Position numbers and translations under genes: made by a program. From Hydrolagus affinis (Eukaryota), in assembly GCA_012026655.1 (NCBI GenBank), contig JAAILG010000218.1, positions 1 through 64,000 on the forward strand: a stretch of DNA of 64,000 nt. The letters are read 5' to 3'. This document shows, one piece after another, positions 50,621 through 64,000 of the stretch. The stretch's first letter is position 1; every line of letters begins with the position of its first letter. The notes below the pieces were generated by a model. It made no database searches. It saw only the letters and a program-made list of their open reading frames with translations, and had not been told where the DNA came from.

Positions 50621-53060
50621 CCTACTCACATTCTAAACTATTTTTTAATTCAACCGCTCTGTGGTCCCCACCCAGCGTGGAGGGCAGTAAATAAATGCAA
50701 TTGTTGTCGTTGTTATTTTTCTTTTAAACGAATTATTTTGCATCTTTGCACACAGGATTTTTTTTTGAAAAAAGAAACGACAGCGTTACTAATTCAACGC
50801 ACTTTTAAACAAATGCAAGAACATTTCAGGCACGTGTATTTCCTGTGCTTTTAGAGTCCAGTACAGAATTTGTGGAAAGCGTTGATGTCCATTCAGCTGG
50901 GAATTAGTTCATTTGCATTTAACCTGAAAATCCGTTACTAGCTTCCCATCCCAGATATTAGCGAATTCGTGTGCACAAGCTCAAAGCATTTCTGTTCGAT
51001 TGCAAACATCATAACATTCTAGGAAAAGTTAAAACAGCGAACGAAGCAGCTTTTGAAGTGAGAGAAAAAGCTTCAATGTAATGATCGCCCGAATATAGCT
51101 CTGCCAAGTTAGCAAGGCGAGAGATCTGAAGGTTTAGAAGGATTTTGTTTTCTCCCCTGTCTATAATGAAGATATATTCAATGTGTGTACACAGAGACAT
51201 TTGCACAAACCACCGTCAGCGATCACAAAAGGCATTATATCCCGGGCATTGTCCATTAACATAATAAGTGAGTCAAATAAACAATGTGGCGAACATTAAA
51301 CTACAGATGTAAAGACGAGGATCGTTTGTATTAACGCGATCCCTGTTCGTATTTTGTGCACATGGAAACCTGTAACTGACACAGAAAACAAGAACTAAGA
51401 CACTGGATGTCGCTCCTTCCCTGGAGAATATTGTGTTTCAGGTAACCAATAACAGCAGATTAACGGAGCCTTTGGAGAGAACAAAACACAATGCAGGTCG
51501 TTCCGACCCGGAGAGGTAAACTGGGAATGAGTTAGTCCAGTAGCTTTCCCGTTTAAGACATGTCCTCACCACCCACCCAAGATAGAGGAGGCTTTGCCAT
51601 TTCCACGCACTCAAACCTGTCGTTAACACTCCTTTTCATTGACTGGCAACAGAGGTGAAAAGTCTGTGTCTCCTCTTCCCAGCGGCGAATTCCTGACATT
51701 CCTATCTTTCCATGGTGAAAAACTGGAGCGCTGTAACAACAAGCAGATAGCGACTGCTCCCTGTCCCAGCCGAGGACAGAGGGGGGGGGGGGGGGGTGAA
51801 GGGGAAACGAAAATCAACCGTTTCCACTCACTTCTTCTCGCCTGACAGGTAATGGTGTCAGAGTGAGAGTGAGAGAATGGCTGCCAGTTTTCCTGGTTCC
51901 TTTAGCCTTTCCTCATTGACAACCTGAGCTGCCTTCCCCAGCTTGGGTAAACAAACACTGTTCTACTTTGTTAAAAGTTACAGCGAAGTGACCCCTCCTG
52001 TCGGGGTGTTTTTTCCGTGTGTGTGTGTGTGTGTGTGCTAAGGTGGTTTCTTTTTCTAACCAGCAATTTTTTCTCTCTCTCTCTCTCTCTTATATGACAT
52101 AAAATAAACAAATAAAAAAATAAAGGAGGGAGAGAGAGAGAGAGGGAGAAAGAAAACGTGTGAAATGGACCGCGAAGAAGCAACAGTTTGTCAGTTCTCT
52201 TGTGGGGAGGACCCTTATTGTTTCTGTGAAGGTGTGAAACTAATTTTGTTTTAACCCTCTCCTTCCCTTCTCTCGCGAATACAAACAAACACACACACAC
52301 ACACGCATATTGGCCTGGGTAGGTGGTGAAACGCCAGATGCGTTAAGGCGCATGTTGAAGATCACAGCATTGAGCCCTTTTTGTGTGAAAATGTCAAACG
52401 CTTTTGAGGTCAAGATGTTGTTTCCCCCCCCCCCCCCCCAATAACCCGCCTTGTGGAATACAGCCAGAGCGATTGATCAATGCATGTTTAAGTTTTTTTT
52501 TAAATCAGACATTTGATGTTTGGATTTCCTAGCTAAAGATTACACTTATTTATGGTGAATGGAGAGATGCATTACTCGCAGCGTAGATGGGAGTTATTTT
52601 AGCTGCTGGAGACAGTGCAATGGTTTTGGGGACTCGACCGAAACAATAAAAACGAAACCACTATGGTTTCTATCTTTTGAAACATTATTTTATCATTATG
52701 TCTCGAAAGGGCACGCGCTTCTAAGTCTTGCGGTAAAACTTGGACGAGACAAATCAGTTTTATTTCGCGATCTGTGTTCATTTGGCGATGGGGGCCTCGT
52801 CGCCTCAAACAGACTGTGGCGAGATTAGTTGACCATTTAATAACCTACTGCCGCCCGCCTTCCCCCCCACCCCCCAACCCCCAAATAAACCTCAGTATCC
52901 AGACAAGGTGTGATCTGATATGCCTTGTACACTTTTGTGTACGTTTGGGAGCAAAAGGTGCCGTTTGCACAGCACATAAATAATCATTTGGAGAGAAAAC
53001 TAAAAAAAAATGGTCTACAAATCGAGTCCATCTGGAGTTCGGGATGATCAAAGGCTATGC

Positions 53061-53160
53061 NNNNNNNNNNNNNNNNNNNNNNNNNNNNNNNNNNNNNNNN
53101 NNNNNNNNNNNNNNNNNNNNNNNNNNNNNNNNNNNNNNNNNNNNNNNNNNNNNNNNNNNN
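53061..53160. other. assembly gap (100 N)
   Basis: Run of exactly 100 N, a placeholder of unknown true size. Confidence 1.
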
Positions 53161-54489
53161 GGGGATGGTGGGTGGGGGGGAGTAACAAATACAAACTTTG
53201 AAGTGCTGGCTGGCGCCGTGGATGGGAACATTGTGACTAGTGCTAATGATTGCAAGCCTCTCTCTCTCTCTGCATTGAGTACGTCGGGGGGGGGGGAGGG
53301 GGGCACCCCTGTTAGTGTGGTAATGAATAGATGGTCATCGCCACCGTAAGTAAATTAGAAAATAACAAAGTGGAGAGTTAATAACTTCTTCTTTCAACTG
53401 TTTTCCTAATTGCTTTTAAAATGCCCTGTGTATACAACGCGGCAACGCGCCCTATCCCAGGGACCCCAGGGTTTCTTGAAACACCACTAGATTTTATTGT
53501 ATTAAAAAATATATAACTAATCTCGTGTGTGTTATATGTTGGTCTCTGCGGTCCAATTCAGAATTATGTCCACTGCAAATAATATACACGTCGAGAATCA
53601 GTGGGGGTATAATTATATGATTGTAAAGTAGAGAGGTTCTTTCAAATCAGTAGAGAGAAAAGCACAGTGTATCCGACACACACATTATATGTTCGTGTGT
53701 TAAAAATGGTTGAAACAATTCTGCCCACCCCCACCAAAAAATAACATGTACAGTATTCACAATGTCAATGAAACGAGTTGATTAAATGTTGTTTAAGGAT
53801 ATTCTTGAATGCTGAAGGGGTTTACAAAACATCCCTTGGGTTTTTCTTACATAATTGCTTTTCACATTGGAAATAAAATAGGAAGATGTCTCCAGCAACG
53901 TTAATGACCAGTACGCGGTTGCACTAGGCGTTACATATCTGACTGCTGTTATGCGAGGAAATAGATTCAGATGAACTTTTCTGACCTCACTTAAACTACA
54001 TATGTGAGTGTGAGAGGAAAAGCAGGCTGGAGGTAATGGCTAGTATGAGGTGCAGAGCTGAACTATAGTGATGTAATCACACTTGCTATTGATATATAGG
54101 TGATTAGATGCAAGGTGTAACGCAGCGAGGGATACAGATGCACTATTTCCGATGGTTGTTGTACAATTAAGATGTGTCAATACGATTATTATATGACTTC
54201 GAGTGGCTTATTGTCTAAGTACATGGTAAATTACGCGTTTAATTTGTGGCATGAATTTCTGAAGCCCTCTGAGCATTATTAGCTGGTGATGTAAGCCCGA
54301 ATGAAGGTTGAACTAGCTGTTGGAAAGAGCTACCCGAGCAACCCGTCTCCATAAATTCCTCCTGCTTTATCCGCCCTTTCAAGTGGTCTTTTTGCGTGTT
54401 TTTTTTATTAAAAAAAATTCTGTTCTCGTTTATCTTCACGCGGCTGAAACGGCGAAGAAATGTAAATAGATTCCAGATATTTTTTCACA

Positions 54490-54516
54490 ACACACACACA
54501 CACACACACACACACA
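54490..54516. repeat. (CA)n microsatellite
   Basis: Direct observation. Confidence 0.95.
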
Positions 54517-57500
54517 AAGAAAAAGCAGCCGGCAATTCATTATGTAATAGGGATTTATTGACAAACGAGGTGATAGATTGTTAATTATTATTATTATCCG
54601 GATGTACAAGTCGAGTTCTGCTACAGCAGCTAACACAAACACATCACCAGAGACACTGACAACACACAGTCTGCCACTTCAGAGCACAATCAAAATCAGC
54701 GTAAAAGTGTGAAGGGATCTGTATTATTTGACCTGGTTAGATTATTAGTAAGGACACCTGTGACTGGCAGCAGACCAAATCTTGCCCAAAACAAAACGAC
54801 TGTTTCTCCCCCCCACCCCCCCCACCCCCCATCTCTCCAAAAGAGCAGTATGTTAATTCCTCTGTCCCCTCCCCTTAGCTTTAGGAAAAAAATTGGCAGA
54901 GAACCCAGCAAGCGAGTGTAAACAGAAGCCTTTTGCAGAACAAGTAGCTGTTTTGAATTTACCTTTTGTGTGTGGCTACAAGCAATATTGTGGCATTTTC
55001 CTTCACAAAAAAGGGATTACAATGTACTACCGGCGTGGGACCAGGAGAGTTGGGCTGGAGTTAGACTTTCAGGGAAATCGCAGAGGGGATAAGGGTCTTG
55101 CTTTATTTAATCATCAAATCCCGGGAATGAAGCTCTTAATTAATTATGGGTGCTAAAAATTCAGCCCAGCTGTTTCTTTCAGCTTGGCAGTGGCTCTCGC
55201 GAAGAAAGACAAACTCTGGGCTGAGAATCTGCTGCAATTCAGTTAGCATAAATCATTTCTTAATGATACTCCTTGGTGAAAATGAACCTGTTAATGACGG
55301 ATGGTTTATTGTCTCGTAGATTTCTTTTGCTCTGCACAGTGCAACACTGTCCAGGCGAGTTGTTACCTATTAACGACTTAGCACTCATAAATGTTAAAAG
55401 CCTTTTAAATATTTATGGTGAAATTGTAAATTGACCTAGATAGATTGTCACAGTATGATTTACAACTGTTTACAAATCTATCCAAAGAAGAAAAGTGTAC
55501 GTGTGTATATATATATGTGTGTGTATATATAATGTGTGCATAAAAAGACTAAGATTTGTGAAACAACATTTCAGATTTATCAGATGAGGTTCTGCAAAGC
55601 AAACGAAAAAGTAACAAACACAAGTAATCATGTGCCATGTTTTTCCAGTTCCTACAAAAGCCTCTGGGGAACCTTGTGTGTGATTCTTGCAGCTGTTTGA
55701 TAGCACTCTACATAGTCCTTATTGCTGATCCATGCAGATCCTATCAATAGACATTGCACGCTAGAATTTGAAAGATGTCATGATAGTTTAAGGTAAATCC
55801 AGGGTTTAGTTTATCTGTTTAAACACATTTAGATTTCGTGTCCCGTACACAGGATGACTATAAATAGGTAAGTTGATGGAATAACTATACACACACAGAT
55901 ATAAAACGCCGAAAGCTTTCGGATGCGCATAGGAATTACAATGGGCAATTAAACAGGTTAATTCTAACTTTGGATCAGAAAGATCTCGGGGGTGGGTGGG
56001 GGGTTGCTGGAGGGTGGACTTCAGAAGTGTAGGGGCGATCTTCTACTTTTTAAAATGTCCCTCAACTTGGTGACAAGGGTAGACATGGGAGATAAATGCT
56101 AAAAGCCTGCGTTAATAAAACACACCGACCCCATTCTCCATCCATAGTTATGTTGCCTCAAAGTCTGTTAGGTTTCCAGCTCGCCGAGAATTTCTATCCA
56201 ATAACTTTTTCATCGTGTCTAGAGAGGACAGACTTCGAGTTTGGGGACTTGCAGATCATTGGCACTTTGGTACCTCAGAGAACAAGTTGTGAGACAACAC
56301 AGACAGGATCTTCACCCAGCCCCGAATAATCGCTGGGACTCCTCATGTTTAATGTGTACATTTCTCACCTAGCAGACAGTCCCTCCTCACTGCTGATCCG
56401 AGTACACCACAAGCTTAACAATAACACAGGTTCCACAAGTAGACACATAATAGCCTGGAACTATATTTACAACCATTTGGAAATAGTCGGGGCTGGGAGC
56501 GGCCGCAGACCACCAAACAGGATTACTCTCTAGGATGAAAGGAACAGGTTCTGCCTCTAACGTCCCCTGAATAAGTGGTGAACGTTACATACAACTACTG
56601 CCTGTCATCCCATCACATTGTGAAAAACCACAAATGTCAACCAAATATTCAGAAAGAAGCTGCTGCACAACATGGCAATGTGACTGGAGATTAGTCAATA
56701 CAAAAGCTCCAACCAGGAGCTCTCACTATTCTCCAGTAATCTATGTGGGACATGTTACACGCATTAGTTCGAGATCAACTTGAAAATTGCTAATGAAGAA
56801 AATGTAATTGCACAAGAAGGTGAAGGAATAATAGCGATTTCGTCACAAAAAGAAATATGCACGATACCACAATCCCGAAATTTAGTTGGTTGGTGCACAA
56901 ACTTTAGTTTTTAAATTAAAAAAAAACTTTGGGTAGGCGTTTTAAAAAAAATATATATATAAAACATTTCTGGCAATTAATGTGGCATCCAGCCTGCACA
57001 ATAAGATATATTCCTGTGTATTCTGAGCTTTGATTGTTTTATAGATGTGTATATTATATATATATTATATATATACTGCGTGTGTGTGTGTGTATACTGT
57101 ATACAGTATGTATATATATATATAACAGCAAGTGGTGAGTACAAAATATGAATCGCATCAGATCACAGGCTAAACTCGAACATTAGTGCAACATTGGTTA
57201 TGGGTCATTACCATGTGTGGTTAACCCTACCTACCCATTACCCCATGTGTCAAAATCCACTGACTTTAAACAAACTAGAACTAGTCATGGGGGTATATAC
57301 AGTACACTCACTCTAGCGGTTTGGTTGCTGCGGGTGGAATATACTTGGTGATGGTCTACTGAAAGGCTGTGAAATATCAGAGTTTGCAACTTTTCACATC
57401 AAGGTGGTCAGTGCAGGGGAGAGAGTCACACTGAAGGGATGGGGAGAAAGTGTTTAGAATGGGAGAATTCATTTGGGAGCAATTTAGAAAGCAGTAACCG

Positions 57501-60500
57501 AATGGCTTAATAAGGCAAACAGGAGAGCGGTGGGGACTCGCTTGGAGACAGGCAGATGGAAAAACTGAAAACAAAAATGGGAGAGAGATAGTGAGGAGGG
57601 TGAACTTTTTTTTAAATGTGGAAAGAGGTGGTGAGAGGCAGAACTCGGATAAAACATTGAAACTTGCATCCTATCAACGTAGCCTTGACTTATCAATTAC
57701 CACCTTATGGACACGTTTTCTTTGCATGGCTCTGATACCAGTAGAGTACAGATATAGATGGGAAAAAATATTAGAGAAGGTTGCAAAATAGTGGCAAGAG
57801 GGTGGTACAAGGGTGTACAGGGGTGCAAATGGTACAAATAGTGGTGCAAGTGGGGCCCCGAACCAACAGTCCATATATATAAGTTGGGTTTAACACATAC
57901 CAGGCGATTTCTGCATGTTACCAAAATGTTTTAATATTGCAAGGAAACATCACGAGAAAAAATATTTTTTGAGATAGGTGGTTCATGAAAGAGATGCAAA
58001 TGCATCTTATATCAGAGGTCATGCTAACTAACTATCACGCAGTTATTGCAAGAAGTGTGTGTGTATATGTGTTCCATCTTTCAGAGTCATTGTAATCTCA
58101 CGTGTGTATTATTGCTGGGTGGACTTGATGCAGGACCAAAATGGATTTTGTAGTATAACAATGCATTGTTTCAGATAAGGGTTTATTTCAATTTAAAAAA
58201 AAACTGCTTTCATAAATATCCAGCTTTATCTCCCCGCACCTGTTCTAGGGTATTAGTTTAAAGGTTTGCCTTTGAGGCTTTCCACAGGCTGATGTGATCA
58301 GATAAAAGTTAACTTTTGAAAATACTAATCTGGCATATTTTGCCCAGACAACCCCTTTCCCCTAAAAGAAATAGGCTTTTATTCATTGAAAGCAAACCAC
58401 AGGCTCTCTTTACTTAAGCTTGATGGATGCAAATGTAAATGTGCACTTATTTAATTGGATCAGCTCCCAAGATAAAAGAGATAAACGGCTCCCAGTTTGC
58501 CAAGTTATTTCCAGAGGTATGCAGTGATGTGTTGTAGGGAAAGTTAATGAAGAAGCAAAGAGACAAACTGTACTTAAAATATCTTGAGTCTAGACTTGTT
58601 GAAAGGAAGCCTAGCGCTTTTTGCATGGAAGAGAATTTAAGAGAAGGATTGACTTGCTTTGCGGTGGAACAGGTGTTGATTTGTGGAGGATGGCTGCCTA
58701 AAGGATTAACAGGCAACCCCAGGCAACGATGGAAAGAGTCATTTTTCTCATGATGAATGATAATATTTCACAAGTTAAAACTCCAAGTTTCCTAAACACG
58801 ACTTTCTGAGGTCCACAGACCCGAGCAACAGCTTCACCTTACAGTGTGCAATGAGACATTGGCTGCAAAACCAATTATTACCAAAAAAAATCCCATATTG
58901 CTGTCTTTACTTGTTTTTTTTTGTGTGGTTTTACATCCATATGCATGAGGCATTAGCAGACAGTTATTGATACAAACACTGTTTTTGTTGCTAAAGGCTT
59001 TCCAAAATAAATTCTTCAGCTGAGTGCCAATGTATGCATGTTGGCTTGGTGCAAGCTGATTAGTGAAATGATTTACAGCCTAACAGAAAGGATGATACTG
59101 TCAAGCCAGCAATTCAAAAAGACAGGATAGCACACCCGCAAGGCTCTTTTCATGTTACTGTAAACCACCCAACAAATCAAGATCTACACCACAAATACCT
59201 GAAACAGCCAAGCAATCAATTGGCTGAAGATTAAATGCAGTCTCTATTATCAGTTTCTCTGGTAATTTGTTACCCCTGACAATAGTATCTTCTGGCCGTT
59301 TTCAACCACCCTTCCTCACCTGTCTAACTGGGTGAGAATGGAGATATTTCAGGAGCCCAGCAGGGCATCTAATACAACACTTGCAATATTGCTTCTGCTT
59401 TCCCCCTTACATATAACAAGACAATATGTCTAAACGGTGGCTCACAAAACCGAGGGGTCAAAGGCTGTAATTTCAGCTGCATACAGTTGTTCCTTTTGTC
59501 ACTCGACGTTCTCTTGCCTCCTGTTCATTAATAATAAAAAGAAATCATCCTCTTCACTAGTTGTCCTTGATACAGAAAAGCCTTACTCCGCAATAAACTT
59601 GGGGACTTTGATCTTAGACCATTCACTTCGGTCTTTTTTAAACCGAAATCAGTGGCAAAACTATGTGAACTTATTGTTCACACTTGCTGCGCTCTGGTTT
59701 AGAAAGAACTGATTTATTAGCTTGTCAAGGGAAGCATTGTTCAGGAAGGCAATCAAAAAGCACTTACCTAGCTAAACTAAAATTACTGCCTTTTCACTGG
59801 CTAATTTGTATAACTCCCACGGAGCAGCTTGGAAAAGGTTTGATGAGGCATAAAATGATGATTAATGAATTTATTGCCCTAGTGCTCATCAAATAGGAGT
59901 CTGATTACATTCTTTTGGTGTAGGGGCTTCTGCAATGTAGGCTCCAGCCAGATACATGGTATCCAGTATGTGAATGATAGTTCTGGTATTGATAGGAAAT
60001 TGTGTATATACTGGCCGACCTTGTATTTGCTTTGCCTTTCTAATTCCTTGTGATCTACATCCCTAATCACCTCTCCCTATTCACAGCTTCCCTGTTCACT
60101 TTCCAATGCCACCTGCGTTCCTTCTGGGTTCTGTTGCCAAATAAAACACTCGACCGCCTTCACTCCACTTAGTTTAGACATCTTTGCTTACTTCCTCTCC
60201 GTACAATCAGTTTTTAGCATTATTGTCCATTCTCCATAAGATCCAATCTTCCTTTAAACTTATGAGACCCACCTCCACCCCCACTCCTTCTCCATTTCCT
60301 CATTTATTGCTCTTCTCTGGCTCTCTCATCCAAATCTACTTCTCCCAGACTTTCCCTGCCCATCAACCAGTCTGAAACTCTTTCGCCCTCTCTTCAAATC
60401 TACTCATTCATCTGCCAGTTCAGTCAGATTGGAACCTAATGTCAGTCTAAAAGAACATGAGACAAGCTGTTACTACATCCACTGGGCAATGATTGGAATC

Positions 60501-60747
60501 AGACCCCAGCTGAACTGGACCATCAGTGTGATTGCAGAAAGTAAGTAATGGAATTGGTAGATAGGAAGAAATGAAAAACAATAAGAAACGAGGAGAATGA
60601 AAGTGGATGAGAAAAAATCAGGAAAAGACAAAGAAAGAAATGGTAGAAGAACATAAGTTAGCACTAAAAAATAATCTAAAGAAAGGAAAAGGATTATTTT
60701 TTAATTGAAAAATTTGGAGGAAAAATGATTTATATATTATAAGCTAT

Positions 60748-60925
60748 ATAATCCTTGCATTTTGATATAGCATCTTATCACATAGTCGAGATGTCTCAAA
60801 GTGCTTCACAGAATATACTGTAAATGAATTCACTGTATATTCTTGTGGGCAAAACACAGCAGCCATTTGCACATAGTTGTGTCCCACAAACACTCATGGA
60901 TTGAGTGATCAAATTATTATTTATT
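60748..60925 (-). mobile_element. Deu-domain SINE, 3' part
   Basis: taatccttgcattttgatatagc...gtgcttcacagaatatactgta...gcagccatttgcacatagttgtgtcccacaaac. Confidence 0.88.
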
Positions 60926-61691
60926 ATTGTTATTACTTTTTTTGAGATTCAGGTAAAAAGAAGGAAAATGTAGCACATAATTAGTCACTGAGAAGTTCTG
61001 TAGAAGGCTTAAAAATTAGAATGGTGTCTGGTATCAGCGGTTTAATAGCCTGTGATATTTGAGGCAATGATAAATGGTGCTGTTGGTCTATGCAAAGATG
61101 TTAAAATATCAGTTCAACAACAATTCCAATATGATCTCTTTCTAATTCTTTCTGACCTCATATGACCTGTTAAACTTCCAGATGAAACGCGGTAACACGA
61201 GGGACCAGTGAGACAAAGGCCGATTTGATAGAAAGTTAAATGGGAAATGTGAGGAAAGTTGCCGCAGGGAGGAGCCGCTCAGTTTTGGGCTTTCAGTCTC
61301 CTTGACCATTGAAGTGGTAAAATGAAGAAGTAACAGGATAAGGCACAGGCAAAAATGACATGAAAGGTTTCAAAGTTTCAAATAAAACTGAGAGGTGAAG
61401 CAATACACTTAAAAAAAAAGTAAAAACAGAAGTTACATTAAATGCATCAACAAAATAAAATCCTAATTTATCTTCTGAGAAACATTGTTGATACAGCATT
61501 TTTGCATGGTTAGCAATTGATAAAATTTCACTGACAAACCCAAACTGTATTTAGAAAATTGTGCTTGAAATATAAAGCATGCTAAAAATCGGGTCTCTAC
61601 ACAAAACCTCAGTCACATGAAAAATTGAGAATTTTGTGTAATAAACATTGCACAATGTAGTTTTGAACATGGTACAATGAGTAGTCTATGG

Positions 61692-61909
61692 CAGGGTGGT
61701 CCAACCTTTTGGCTGCCGAGGGCCAGATGCCCTATTTGAGAAATGTCCGCAGGCTGCATAAAGAATATTTTTGTGTTTCCCTTCCAGAAACGTAATATAA
61801 TATTTATGGGTTATGGAGGGAGCAGGTGGGCTAGATAAAATGGAAGGAAGGAGCGTTTGGATGAAATAGGGCCGCTTTCGGCCCACAGGCCGCCAGTTCG
61901 ACCAGTCTG
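61692..61909. mobile_element. hAT-Charlie (MER30-like) MITE
   Basis: TIRs cagggtggtccaac / gttcgaccagtctg (11/14 complementary) and 8-bp TSD gtctatgg (61684-61691) / gtctaagg (61910-61917). Subterminal gggcc...ggccc motifs. Confidence 0.85.
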
Positions 61910-62819
61910 GTCTAAGGTATGGAGCAATGATATTCTTCTACATTGGCCAGAAAATTTAATTCTAATAGCTTTGTTTGTCTAATCACTTGCTATTTTACTT
62001 CTATGCAAATTATATGATTGGATCACAGACCCAGCTATCACAGATCAGCAGCATTCTCCACCCCTACCCCCATCCCTGAATAATGGTATAAAATCACTCC
62101 ATTTTCAGATGTTTTAGAAAATACACATAGGGATGTTCTAAGACATTAATATACTGTGAGGACGAGATGAGGTTAATAAACTGTTTGAGATTTACTCTCA
62201 TTATTTATAAGATTATTGCAGCCCATCAATTTAATAATAATTAGCATCGCTTGCATTTAATTTAGCACTGTACACACCAGAACATCACCAAGCACTTCAT
62301 GGGTTTCGCTGTGAAATGTAGTAACTGCATTTTTTGGGTGAAATTTGCTTTTTCATTGTAGTACTGTACTTGGAATGCTATAAGAAATAAAATGGTGTAA
62401 TGCAGTACAGTGTATGGTTTAAAAAATATTGTGGAATGTAATTTAGACTTTTGAACAGACATACATAGAGGTTAAAGATAACAAGATGTTAGTATTTTAT
62501 GAGCTCTGTAGTAAAGAAAGCATGTGACGTTGTCATTGTAGCATTTTGTTGATTTGGATTCAAATCAGGCTCTTACCTACAATTTTAAACAGTTTGATTT
62601 GTGTCACTTGACAAATGAGAAACTGACTCTTTAGATCTCATAAGGTGTATGCAACTCCTCAGCTCATGAGCACTTAGTATAAACCATACTCTTATAAACA
62701 CTACATCTTTGTAACATGCAGTATTTGTATCAAAGCAAGTTATGTGATAAGCATATATTAGGAGATTGGGTAACCCAATAGTTTAAAACACTGTCCTTTT
62801 AACTCTTAAACTTAGGTTT

Positions 62820-63000
62820 AAGTGCAGCTGGGACTGATAATGCAGAAGACTTTATACTGTCTAACAGTTCTGAGTGAATGAGTTCGTCCAGCATCAATCA
62901 ATTCCTAGTGAGTACAAGTCTGCAGTGCAAAACGGTCCATAATTCAGCACCAATTGACACTAAGTTGGTAATCTTTCTTAGACAGTCTTTAAGGATGGTT
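62820..63000 (+). mobile_element. LF-SINE-like fragment
   Basis: gaatgagtt...ttcctagtg...caaaac...aattcagcaccaattgacac...ttggtaatct resembles the LF-SINE core as I recall it. Confidence 0.5.
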
Positions 63001-64000
63001 AGTGTGGGAAGTGGAAAAAAATGCACTGGTGCAGTTAAGGGTGATCTTCTGAGATTGGGGTTAAGTTGTTTTATAAGGACAGAGCGGAGGGAGTTTCTCT
63101 TTGCTCCTAACCCATGGTACCTCTGACCTGACAGTACTCAGTGCTTACACTGGATGCAGAGAGTGGAAAGATGTTCAATTCTCTAAACAGTGATACCACT
63201 TCTTTTGATAAACACAAAATCTTCACCAAAGCAAATAGAACATTCATGATTTAGGAGATTCTTACGGAAAGGAATACTGAACAAATCTTATCGAGCAATT
63301 CCTAAAATTGTAACTGTTTTTATAGACTGTTCAATAAAAATGATAATTCCATTACCACTGAATAAATCAGCAATTCTTTAAATACTTGTGTGTTATCAGT
63401 TAAGTCATTTGATATATTTGATGCTTCTGACAGAAATTTTGACATTCAGAGGAAGATGACATTTTTGCTATTACTGCAGTAATATTTCTGAACATCAGCA
63501 GCATGAACATGTGGTAGAGAGCAGGGTTTGATTGATTTCCAGTAAATACAGTTTATATCAATATAAGTAAAGAGATGGTATTAATAATAAGCATAATGTT
63601 AGACAGCAATAGTTTGCAGACATAATTGCTTTAAAGTGGGCAATTAAGACTAAGTGCATGTGGTTTTAGTGACTGCCCTACATTCCTTTGGATGATTACA
63701 GTGATCAATGCATATGATTTGTAAGTAGCTCCGTATTGATCAAGAGGTGGAACATTCGACCTTGAAGAAGTCGTTCACGAGGACACCAAATGCAGTTTTC
63801 GTTTATGCTCTGAAGCCTTTTGTTTTAAAAAGGATATTTCTGTGCCTGCAGTGTTCCACAATGTGCTTCTTTCTTGCATTTTATTGATAGATTTTGAGAT
63901 TTTATTGACTTTTTCGGCCTAAAAATAAAATTAATTTCCATTATCCAGACTATCATTTGCGCTATTTCAACCTTTTGGTTAAAATGTGCCATTGATTAAA

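Overview
AT-rich vertebrate genomic DNA. The repeat content (Deu-domain SINEs, L2, shark-type CR1 tails) suggests a cartilaginous fish, probably a chimaera such as elephant shark; this is an inference. The window covers the middle of an Iroquois B cluster. A complete 3-exon Irx5 gene lies on + (CDS 44197-44433, 44885-45290, 45709-46454; 462 aa). About 5.7 kb upstream and transcribed divergently (- strand) is an intron-containing Sowah-family gene that the ORF track shows only in pieces. I assembled three phase-compatible coding exons by hand (38455-38317, 35712-35651, 5038-4784), which encode the conserved Sowah N-terminal domain; the second and third are separated by a ~30.6 kb intron. The ankyrin-repeat exons are not in the window. 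That intron and the Irx5 flanks contain many repeat-free, motif-rich blocks that look like Irx enhancers, plus a strong CTCF site. The Sowah promoter is a CpG island with RFX, ETS, CCAAT, octamer and two ZNF143-type motifs. The rest is SINE/LINE/MITE debris, microsatellites and a 100-N gap. The Irx-Sowah linkage is known biology. The exact gene model, its promoter and its positional match to mammalian CRNDE are the points most worth checking.
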